Made by a program: the position numbers and the translations under genes
Notes under the pieces: generated by a model
Databases searched by the model: none
What the model was told of the DNA's origin: nothing
What the model saw: only the letters and a program-made list of their open reading frames with translations
Part shown: one piece after another, positions 39,007-46,307 of the stretch
Layout of the letters: every line of letters starts with the position of its first letter
Numbering within the stretch: the first letter of the stretch is position 1
Source: Candidatus Ozemobacteraceae bacterium
GTDB lineage: Bacteria > Muiribacteriota > Ozemobacteria > Ozemobacterales > Ozemobacteraceae
Assembly (NCBI GenBank): GCA_035373905.1
Contig: DAOSOK010000004.1
Location: 33,271-97,270 of the forward strand
Length of the DNA: 64,000 bases
Reading direction: 5' to 3'

Positions 39007-40497
39007 ATGATCAGATTCGTTGATGTGTGTTTCACACATTCGGACGCGGGTGAGCCGCTGTTCGAGAATGTCAGCCTCCAGTTCGACGCGGGCTGGACGG
39101 GCCTCGTGGGCACGAACGGTTCGGGGAAGACGACGCTGCTGAGGCTTGCAGCCGGCGAGTTGGAGCCGGACGCGGGCCACGTTTTGCGGAAGGGCAGGGC
39201 GGCGTTCTGCAGGCAGCGGACGGACTTCCGCCCCGACGGCTGGGAGACGTTCAGTGCCGCGGTTGATGCCGATGCGGCGCTGCTCAAGGGCGTGCTCGGT
39301 ATCCGGCCGAACTGGTGGGATCGGTGGGAGACGCTGAGCCACGGAGAACGGAAGCGGGCGCAGATCGCCGTCGCTCTGTGGGAAGAGCCTGAGATACTGC
39401 TCGTCGATGAACCGACGAACCACCTGGACGGGGAGAGCGGGACGATGGTCCGCGAGGCGCTCGCATCCTTCAGGGGCATCGGCATTCTCGTCAGCCATGA
39501 TCGGCGGCTCCTCGATGATATATGTGTGAATATTGTATTCATCGAGCCTCCGGGCGTGCTTGTGATTCCCGGCAACTACTCCGATGCGGCCGAACAGAAG
39601 GCGCTTGGCGAAGAGCATCAGCGGCGCCAGCGGAGCGCCGCAAAGGACGAACTCTCGAAACTCCGGCGGGAAGCGGCCCGAAGGCAGGCGGAGGCGGCAA
39701 GGTCGGTCCATCGCCTGTCGAAGCGCCACCTGCACCGCAATGACTCGGACGGCCGGGGAAAGCTCGATCTGGCGCGTCTGACCGGCAAGGACGCGATCGC
39801 CGGCAATTTCGCCCGGCAGCTCCGCAACAGGGTCGTGAGGACGGAAGAGAAGCTCGATTCGATCGGCTTCAAGAAAGAATACGATCTCGCCTATCACATC
39901 GACGGCGAGCGATCGCACCGGGATGTGCTGCTGCGCCTCGGCCAAGGCGTTCTTCCCCTCGGGCCGACGGAAACCCTCGCGTTTCCGGGCCTCGTCGTCG
40001 GGCCTTCAGACAGGATCGGTCTCAGCGGGCCGAACGGCACGGGCAAGAGCAGCTTCGTCAGGCATTTGCTCGGCCGGCTGATTCTGCCGCCGGAGCGGGT
40101 GGTGTATCTTCCCCAGGAAATCCCGGTAGACGAGGGCGAGCGGCTGATCCGCGAAGTGCGAAGCCTGAGCGCGGACGAACTCGGCCGCGTCCTGGCCTTC
40201 GTGAGCTGCCTCGGCACCCGGCCCGAGCGCCTCCTGCGCGGCGACCTGCCCAGTCCCGGCGAGATCCGGAAGATCCTGCTCGCGCTCGGCATCGCCCGGC
40301 GGCCCCACCTGATCGTCATGGACGAGCCGACCAACCATCTCGATCTTCCCGCCATCGAGTTGCTGGAGCGTGCCCTGCGCGACTTTCCCGGCGCTCTGAT
40401 CCTCGTCAGCCACGACACCCGCTTCCTCGACGCCCTCGCGACGGCCCGATGGCGGTTCGAACGGACGGCGGGCGGGGCGCGAATGGAGAAATCATGA
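39007..40497 (+). CDS. ABC-F-type ATPase (two tandem ABC ATP-binding domains, no transmembrane domain)
   Basis: Domain 1: GLVGTNGSGKTT, LSHGERKR, LLVDEPTNHLD. Domain 2: GLSGPNGTGKSS, LSPGEIRKI, IVMDEPTNHLD. An Arg/Glu-rich interdomain linker lies between them. 496 aa. Confidence 0.8.
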   Translation: MIRFVDVCFTHSDAGEPLFENVSLQFDAGWTGLVGTNGSGKTTLLRLAAGELEPDAGHVLRKGRAAFCRQRTDFRPDGWETFSAAVDADAALLKGVLGIRPNWWDRWETLSHGERKRAQIAVALWEEPEILLVDEPTNHLDGESGTMVREALASFRGIGILVSHDRRLLDDICVNIVFIEPPGVLVIPGNYSDAAEQKALGEEHQRRQRSAAKDELSKLRREAARRQAEAARSVHRLSKRHLHRNDSDGRGKLDLARLTGKDAIAGNFARQLRNRVVRTEEKLDSIGFKKEYDLAYHIDGERSHRDVLLRLGQGVLPLGPTETLAFPGLVVGPSDRIGLSGPNGTGKSSFVRHLLGRLILPPERVVYLPQEIPVDEGERLIREVRSLSADELGRVLAFVSCLGTRPERLLRGDLPSPGEIRKILLALGIARRPHLIVMDEPTNHLDLPAIELLERALRDFPGALILVSHDTRFLDALATARWRFERTAGGARMEKS

Positions 40498-40571
40498 GCG
40501 TACTTGTGGAATTTCCATGGAATGTGATGTAAAATCACGGGGAATGACCATATCTCCGAGGAGGCTCATGC

Positions 40572-41180
40572 ATGTCTGCAGAGGTTGAACGGATCATCCT
40601 GGCCGGGTTTGGCGGCCAGGGCATTCTGTTTCTGGGGAAAGTTCTCGCCGAGGTCGGCATGCGCAACGGCAAACACGTTTCCTGGCTGCCCTCGTACGGC
40701 CCCGAAATGCGCGGCGGCACCGCGAACTGCACGGTGATCCTCTCGGAGCACGCGATCGCTTCCCCGCTCGTCACGGTGCCCGACACGGTCATCGCGATGA
40801 ACCGCCCGTCGGTGTCGAAGTTCAACCTTCGCATCAAGGCCGGCGGCATGCTGATGTACAACTCGTCGCTGATTGAGCGGCAGGAGTTCCGCGACGACAT
40901 TCGCCTGGTCGAAGTGCCGGCCAGCGAGATCGCCGAAGAGTTGGGCAACCCGCGCGTCGCCAACCTCGTGATGGCGGGCGCCTACGCGAAGTTCAGCAAG
41001 CTCATCTCCTACGAGACGATGGCCGAGAACCTCCCCAAGATCACGCCGAAGGCCAAGAAAGAGCTGATCGACACGAACCTCAAGGCCCTCGAACGCGGCT
41101 ACCAGTTCGTGACCGAGAAGAAATACATGTTCGGCCGGTACGTCTACTCGGTCTTCAGGGGAATCGGCAGCAACGCTTGA
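40572..41180 (+). CDS. second, stand-alone copy of a 2-oxoacid:ferredoxin oxidoreductase gamma subunit
   Basis: About 55% identical over 180 aa to the gamma subunit at 38103-38657 (GFGGQGILFLGKVLAEVGM...[13 protein letters not shown]). No alpha/beta/delta partners are adjacent. Confidence 0.8.
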   Translation: MSAEVERIILAGFGGQGILFLGKVLAEVGMRNGKHVSWLPSYGPEMRGGTANCTVILSEHAIASPLVTVPDTVIAMNRPSVSKFNLRIKAGGMLMYNSSLIERQEFRDDIRLVEVPASEIAEELGNPRVANLVMAGAYAKFSKLISYETMAENLPKITPKAKKELIDTNLKALERGYQFVTEKKYMFGRYVYSVFRGIGSNA

Positions 41181-41255
41181 CGATCACGCGCGGTTCCGCG
41201 TCGGACTGGCGGCCGGCCAGCCTCCGGGCGGAACCGTTTTCTTTTCACGGAGGCT

Positions 41256-41906
41256 GTGCAAGCGTCTCCTGACATTCAAAAGGCGAAGGACACCATGACG
41301 GAAACCACGAAAAAAAACACCAGGAAGACGGGCACGGCGAAGACAACGGCCAAAACGGCCGGAACGAAGAACCCGGCGGTCGCGAAAAAGCCTGCCGCTT
41401 CGAAAAAAGCCGCTTCAACGGCCGGTTCGACAGGGCCCGTCAAACGCACACGAAGCGCTGCCGTTGCGAAAGGTGTGGCCGCCATCAAGCCCCCGCGCCG
41501 GAAAGTCGCTCCGAAGTCCCGCAGCGAAGAGCGCCTCAGCACGCCTCGCAAAGCTTCGTCCCATCACCTTCCCGAACTTCTCCGGAACGTACTGAAGGCG
41601 CTTTCCGACAAGAAGGTCGTCGACCCGGTCCTGCTCGATGTCGAAGGACTGGTTTCATACGCCGACTACTTCGTCCTCGGCACCGGCAACAACACGCCCC
41701 ACGTGCAGGCCATGGCCGACGCGGTCGCCAGGCTGCTCAAGGTGCCCGGCGTGAAGGGCGCCCGCGTCGAGGGCGATTCCCAGGCCTCCTGGGTCCTGAT
41801 CGACGGCGGGGACTTTGTCGTCCACCTGTTCCAGCCCGATGCGCGCCGTTTCTACGCCCTCGACGACCTGTGGGGTGATGCGGCGAGGATTCCCGTCGAG
41901 TCATGA
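41256..41906 (+). CDS. rsfS: ribosome silencing factor RsfS (Iojap) with an about-100-aa Lys/Ala/Thr-rich histone-H1-like N-terminal extension
   Basis: C-terminal 110 aa: VVDPVLLDVEGLVSYADYFVLGTGNNTPHVQAMADAV...WVLIDGGDFVVHLFQPDARRFYALDDLW. N-terminal region: TTKKNTRKTGTAKTTAKTAGTKNPAVAKKPAASKKAAS... Start may be the Met 13 codons downstream. Confidence 0.7.
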   Translation: MQASPDIQKAKDTMTETTKKNTRKTGTAKTTAKTAGTKNPAVAKKPAASKKAASTAGSTGPVKRTRSAAVAKGVAAIKPPRRKVAPKSRSEERLSTPRKASSHHLPELLRNVLKALSDKKVVDPVLLDVEGLVSYADYFVLGTGNNTPHVQAMADAVARLLKVPGVKGARVEGDSQASWVLIDGGDFVVHLFQPDARRFYALDDLWGDAARIPVES

Positions 41907-42607
41907 GTGACCAGGTGCTCGTTCCCCACGCGCGGGTCCTCGAACCTGCGGCGGACGGGGTGCTGAGCGACGAAAACCGGCATTATCTCGAACGTGTCCT
42001 CAGGCTGCGCCCCGACGAGGCGTTCACCCTCACCGACGGCTCCGGCCGTGAAGCCGTCGCGGTTCTCGGGGAAAAGGGGGCATACCGGCTTCAGGAATGG
42101 AGCGACCCCGGCCGCGAACCCGCGTTCGAGACGACGATCTTCTGCGCCGTCTCCAAGGGAGACCGATTCGAGTGGCTGATCGAGAAAGCCGTGGAAATGG
42201 GCGTGCGGCGTATCGTGCCGCTGCTGAGCTCGCGCGTCGTCGCGCCGGTTCCCGGGCCTGCGAAGATCGAGCGATGGCGCAAGATCGCCGTCACCGCCAT
42301 GCTCCAGTGCGGCGGTTGCAGAATTCCGGACGTCACGGAGCCTCTGCCGTTCAAGCATCTGCCCAAACCGGACGAACGCGTGCTGCCGGTGCTGCTTCAC
42401 GAGATTCCGATGGCCGTCTCGCTTCACGAGCTGCCCCGCGCCGAACGACCGGCTCTCTGGCTCGCTTCCGGTCCCGAGGGCGGGTTCGATCCGAACGAGG
42501 TGAAGGCCTTCCTCGAGGCAGGCTGGCGCGCCGTCTGGCTCGGAAAACGCCTGTTCAAGACCGACACGGCCCCCGTCGTCGCGCTTGCGCGGTTGCTTTC
42601 TCATTGA
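41903..42607 (+). CDS. rsmE: 16S rRNA (uracil1498-N3)-methyltransferase
   Basis: RsmE/SPOUT signature (IFCAVSKGDRFEWLIEKAVEMGVRRIVPLLSSR ... LASGPEGGFDPNEV); the ATG overlaps the rsfS stop. Confidence 0.85.
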   Translation: MSDQVLVPHARVLEPAADGVLSDENRHYLERVLRLRPDEAFTLTDGSGREAVAVLGEKGAYRLQEWSDPGREPAFETTIFCAVSKGDRFEWLIEKAVEMGVRRIVPLLSSRVVAPVPGPAKIERWRKIAVTAMLQCGGCRIPDVTEPLPFKHLPKPDERVLPVLLHEIPMAVSLHELPRAERPALWLASGPEGGFDPNEVKAFLEAGWRAVWLGKRLFKTDTAPVVALARLLSH

Positions 42608-42700
42608 AAACATCCATATCGGCCGAGTGACCGGCGGATTTGAAACCCGCCCGGATGGCGCACCGGGATAGGCAAAAAGATACGCCTTTTATGGTGTAGT

Positions 42701-43984
42701 ATGAAATATACATTTTTACTCAAATCGCTGGGGTGCAAGGTCAGTCAGTATGACGGCATCCGCATCGCGGAGTATCTGAGCGGCTGTGGCCTGCGGCAGG
42801 CGGGCGAAGGCGAAACGCCCGATCTCTATATCCTGAACGGTTGCGCCGTCACCGGCAGGGCTTCCCAGAAGGTACGCCAGGCGTTACGGGCCATACGTCG
42901 GCGCTGGCCCAGCGTGAAGCTCGTTCTGGCCGGATGCGAGGCGCGGCTCGCCGAAAAGCGCGCACCGGAGGAGGGGGATGAGCCTGCCGTGGAGATCGAC
43001 GGGGCGCTTCCGTACGCGACGCCGCCCGCCGTTCGCGAGCTGCTCGAACATCTCGACCTTCTCCGTCCCGATATTCCCGATGCCGGCGACGAGGCCCACG
43101 TTCCCGAAGAGTTGATCGGCAGCGAACGGACCAGGGCGTTTCTGAAAATCCAGGACGGCTGCTCGCAGTTCTGCGCCTACTGTATCGTTCCCCACCTGCG
43201 CGGCCCCGAGACCTCCCGCGGGCGAGCCGAACTCGTCGACGAGGCGCGTCGGATCGTCGCGACGGGCCGTCGCGAGATCGTCGTGACCGGCATCCACGTC
43301 GGCCGGTACGCGCATGGTCTCGTCGCCCTGCTGCGTGAACTGTCGGCCATTGCCGGTCTCGACCGAATCCGGCTGAGCTCGATCGAGCCGGTCGAGGTCG
43401 AGAGCGACCTCGTCGAGTGGCTCGCGACCGATCCGAAAGCCTGCGCGCATCTGCATCTTCCCCTTCAGTCGGGGTGCGACGAGACGCTACGCGCGATGCG
43501 CCGCCCCTACGACACGGCGACCTTCGCCGCTCTCGTGGGGAGGTTGCGCGCTCGCATGCCGGACATCGGCATCAGTACCGACCTGATCGTCGGTTTTCCC
43601 GGCGAGACGGACGAGCGGTTCGCCGCGACGCTCGCCTTCGTCGAACGCCAGAGTTTTTCGCGGATACATATCTTTCGCTATTCTACGCGCGACGGTACGC
43701 CCGCCGCGACGATGCCCGGCCAGGTGCCGAACGCGGTCAAACAGACCCGCGCGAAAGCCGTCGAACGCCTCTGGAAATCTTCGGCCGCCTCGTTTCACGG
43801 CCGCTTCGTCGGCCGCTCCGTCGATGTCCTGTGGGAAACCCGGGAAAACGGCTTCTGGCATGGTCTCAGCCGCGAATACGTCCCCTGCCGCACCGCCACC
43901 GAAGCCGACCTGCACAACGTCATCACCCCAGCGACCGTCACTGCCGCCGACCCCGACGGCTGTGTCACACGCATTGATCCTTAG
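42701..43984 (+). CDS. mtaB: radical-SAM methylthiotransferase of the MiaB/MtaB/RimO family (MTTase N-domain + radical SAM + TRAM)
   Basis: N-terminal UPF0004 Cys triad (LGCKVSQYD, NGCAV, AGC), radical-SAM CSQFCAYC, and a C-terminal TRAM-like region. The mtaB assignment (rather than miaB/rimO) is tentative. Confidence 0.7.
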   Translation: MKYTFLLKSLGCKVSQYDGIRIAEYLSGCGLRQAGEGETPDLYILNGCAVTGRASQKVRQALRAIRRRWPSVKLVLAGCEARLAEKRAPEEGDEPAVEIDGALPYATPPAVRELLEHLDLLRPDIPDAGDEAHVPEELIGSERTRAFLKIQDGCSQFCAYCIVPHLRGPETSRGRAELVDEARRIVATGRREIVVTGIHVGRYAHGLVALLRELSAIAGLDRIRLSSIEPVEVESDLVEWLATDPKACAHLHLPLQSGCDETLRAMRRPYDTATFAALVGRLRARMPDIGISTDLIVGFPGETDERFAATLAFVERQSFSRIHIFRYSTRDGTPAATMPGQVPNAVKQTRAKAVERLWKSSAASFHGRFVGRSVDVLWETRENGFWHGLSREYVPCRTATEADLHNVITPATVTAADPDGCVTRIDP

Positions 43985-43993
43985 AGAAGACGA

Positions 43994-44218
43994 TCCGCAG
44001 ATGACGCAGATGGCGCGGATTGGCAGGGAAATCTATTGATTTCTGCAGAATGAAAGCCACCCGTTTGCCTTGAGTCTGTCGAAGGGCAAAATGAGGAATC
44101 ATCGGCAAGTGGCTGTCCGTGCTTCGGCAAGCTCAGCACGAACGGAGACACGAAGCTGGTTTTTGATATGCAGGACTCAATAACCAAAAAATCTGCGTCA
44201 TCTGCGAAATTTGCGGAT
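43994..44218. repeat. composite MITE-like element: outer inverted repeats (ATCCGCAGATGACGCAGAT) flanking an inner ~150-bp element homologous, in inverted orientation, to 15156-15304
   Basis: Outer arms at 43994-44012 and 44191-44218 (reverse complement, with a 9-nt insertion). The inner element at 44034-44183 has degenerate TIRs CTATTGATTTCTGCAG / GCAGGACTCAATAA and an internal copy of the palindromic repeat. Confidence 0.55.
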
Positions 44219-44267
44219 TGTTCTCCCTGTCCTGCGGTGTCGTTGTGGGCGGCAACATATCGCCCGC

Positions 44268-45773
44268 TTACTTCGTGGTGGCGAGGTTGGCTTTCGCTTC
44301 TTCGATGACGTTCAGGTTGTCGATCGCCATTTCCTTCGTGCGGAGGGTCTCGGCCTTGCTTTTCCCGAAATTGAAGACCTGCTTGTTTGCTTCGTAGGCC
44401 TTGACCTTCTTTTCGTTGGTGCCTTCGTTCATCCAGGCGAGGTTGCACTTCGCATATTCGGACTTCACCTTCTCCATCTCGGCGCACTTCTTCTCGATCA
44501 TCGCCTCGATGGCGGCCTTGTCGGTGCCGGTTTTCTCGCTCAGGCGAAGTTCCTTCGCCATGTTGGTCCGAAGCTCGTCGGTCGTCGCCGGATACTGATC
44601 GATGAGCCGGGTGAACTGCTTCATTTTTTCGGGGTTTTTCTTGTCTTCCTCGCTCAGTTTCTCTATCGCCTTCTCGATCTGCCGGTCGGCCAGCTTCATC
44701 TCGTAGGCTTTCTTCTGGGCATCGGCCATCTCTTTCTGGGACGCGTCTTTCTCATTGTATATCGATGCGAATGATTTCCTGAAAAACTCCTTCTCGTCCT
44801 CCTGGATTTTTGCATCTACCTGCTTCAGAATCTTGTCCGCCTTGTCGGAGGGGCGCTCGCCTTTTTCGGGAAGATTGCCGTCGGGACATTTGATGTCCGC
44901 AAGCTTGTTTCTCATGTCGGTGGCGAACGCGACGTCCGGGTCGGTGCCGACGATCCAGTCATACCACTTCTTGCCCGTATCGATGTCCTCGATCTGCTTG
45001 TTGAGCTCCTTCAGATCGTCTTTTGCCTGGGTGATCGTGTCTTCCTGGACCTTGCTCATGTCGTCGAGCTGCTCTTTCGTCAGGTTCTTGAGAGAGTCGG
45101 CGGACAGCTCCTTGTCGAACCAGGTGCTCTTGTCTGCTTCGTCGATCTTCTCCTTGATCGCCGATGCCGTCTGGAGATTGCTCGCATAGCTTTTGTTCGC
45201 CAGCTGGTAATAATCGTCGCGCATGATCACTGACGTGCGCTCGGTATGCCGGATTTCCTTCTTCGAGCCGGGAACCCGCATCTTGAGGGTGACGGCGACG
45301 TCCACCCGCGCCGACTGCTGGGGATTGGCTTCGGCCTCTTCGGGGGAAAGAGTTTTCTTCGCGACGGTCACGACGTCGACGTGACCCGAGAGCGTGCGCG
45401 GCCCCTTCCCGCTCAACTCGCGCCTCAGAAGCGGCTTGAGGAATGTGTATTTCACGGCGAGGGTTTTGTCCGTCGAAAGCTTTTCCTCACCCTTCGATTT
45501 CTCGTCGACGGCGAACCGTTCAAACTCCATCGAGAGGGGATCGGCCGTCGTTTTGAAGGTGTTCGCCTTGACGGCCTTCAAGTCGGCCGTCAGCATCTGG
45601 ACGATCAGGCGGCTGTCGTGCTGGAGGATCTGACGCGTGCTCGTGATGGCCATGCTTCGCTGCGCCTGGCTCCAGAGATTCATCGTGACGCCGAGGACGA
45701 GCGCGAAGAGGGCGATGCTCACCATGACTTCCGTCATGGTGAATCCCCGTCTGCGTCCAGTTTTCATCGCCAT
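44268..45773 (-). CDS. prepilin-type N-terminal domain protein with an about-400-aa Lys/Glu-rich coiled-coil C-terminal region
   Basis: Start chosen at the ATG at 45773 (MAMKTGRRRG|FTMTEVMVSIALFALVLGV). The C-terminal two thirds are highly charged heptad-like sequence (KEKIDEADKSTWFDKELSADSLKNLTKEQLDDMSKVQED...). The track ORF extends 105 codons further upstream. Confidence 0.6.
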   Translation of the reverse strand: MAMKTGRRRGFTMTEVMVSIALFALVLGVTMNLWSQAQRSMAITSTRQILQHDSRLIVQMLTADLKAVKANTFKTTADPLSMEFERFAVDEKSKGEEKLSTDKTLAVKYTFLKPLLRRELSGKGPRTLSGHVDVVTVAKKTLSPEEAEANPQQSARVDVAVTLKMRVPGSKKEIRHTERTSVIMRDDYYQLANKSYASNLQTASAIKEKIDEADKSTWFDKELSADSLKNLTKEQLDDMSKVQEDTITQAKDDLKELNKQIEDIDTGKKWYDWIVGTDPDVAFATDMRNKLADIKCPDGNLPEKGERPSDKADKILKQVDAKIQEDEKEFFRKSFASIYNEKDASQKEMADAQKKAYEMKLADRQIEKAIEKLSEEDKKNPEKMKQFTRLIDQYPATTDELRTNMAKELRLSEKTGTDKAAIEAMIEKKCAEMEKVKSEYAKCNLAWMNEGTNEKKVKAYEANKQVFNFGKSKAETLRTKEMAIDNLNVIEEAKANLATTK

Positions 45774-45808
45774 ACCTCGATTCTTCGGCCGGAACGGTCG
45801 ATCCGGTT

Positions 45809-46306
45809 TCACAGGAACTTCGTTTCGGGATTGAACACCAGGGCCGTGGCTCTGAGTCTGCGTTCGGGCTGATTGACGGCGGTCTTTCCGCCCTTGTCGC
45901 GCCATCGGATCTCGGCCTCGAAGTAAATCTCGACGAGCTGGTTCGACTCGTTTTTCGTGCCCGTCATCGAGGTCTCCACCCAGAACTCCCGGTCGCCCGT
46001 CTTCTTCTGTTCGTCGAGCGCGGCGACCGTCTCGGGATAATACTTTTCGGGAATCGCGAACTTCTTTTCCTGCAGTACGTCGGGACATTCCTTCACATAC
46101 GTCGCAAAGGGAACGTGCTTGACCTCTTCGATCAGCCGATTGAGGATGGCGGCAGCCTGCGACTGATTGCTGGTTCGCGCCGTGGCGGTGTAGTTGCCGG
46201 TTATCAAACGCAGGAGCGGCAGGAGCGCGAGGGCGATGATGGCGACCGCGACCATGATCTCGATCATGGTGATGCCGCTCCGGCGCCGGTCACGACAAGC
46301 CGTCAT
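45809..46306 (-). CDS. prepilin-type N-terminal cleavage/methylation domain protein (pseudopilin-like)
   Basis: Start at the ATG at 46306: MTACRDRRRSG|ITMIEIMVAVAIIALALLPLL, with Glu at +5. Confidence 0.65.
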   Translation of the reverse strand: MTACRDRRRSGITMIEIMVAVAIIALALLPLLRLITGNYTATARTSNQSQAAAILNRLIEEVKHVPFATYVKECPDVLQEKKFAIPEKYYPETVAALDEQKKTGDREFWVETSMTGTKNESNQLVEIYFEAEIRWRDKGGKTAVNQPERRLRATALVFNPETKFL

Positions 46307-46307
46307 G

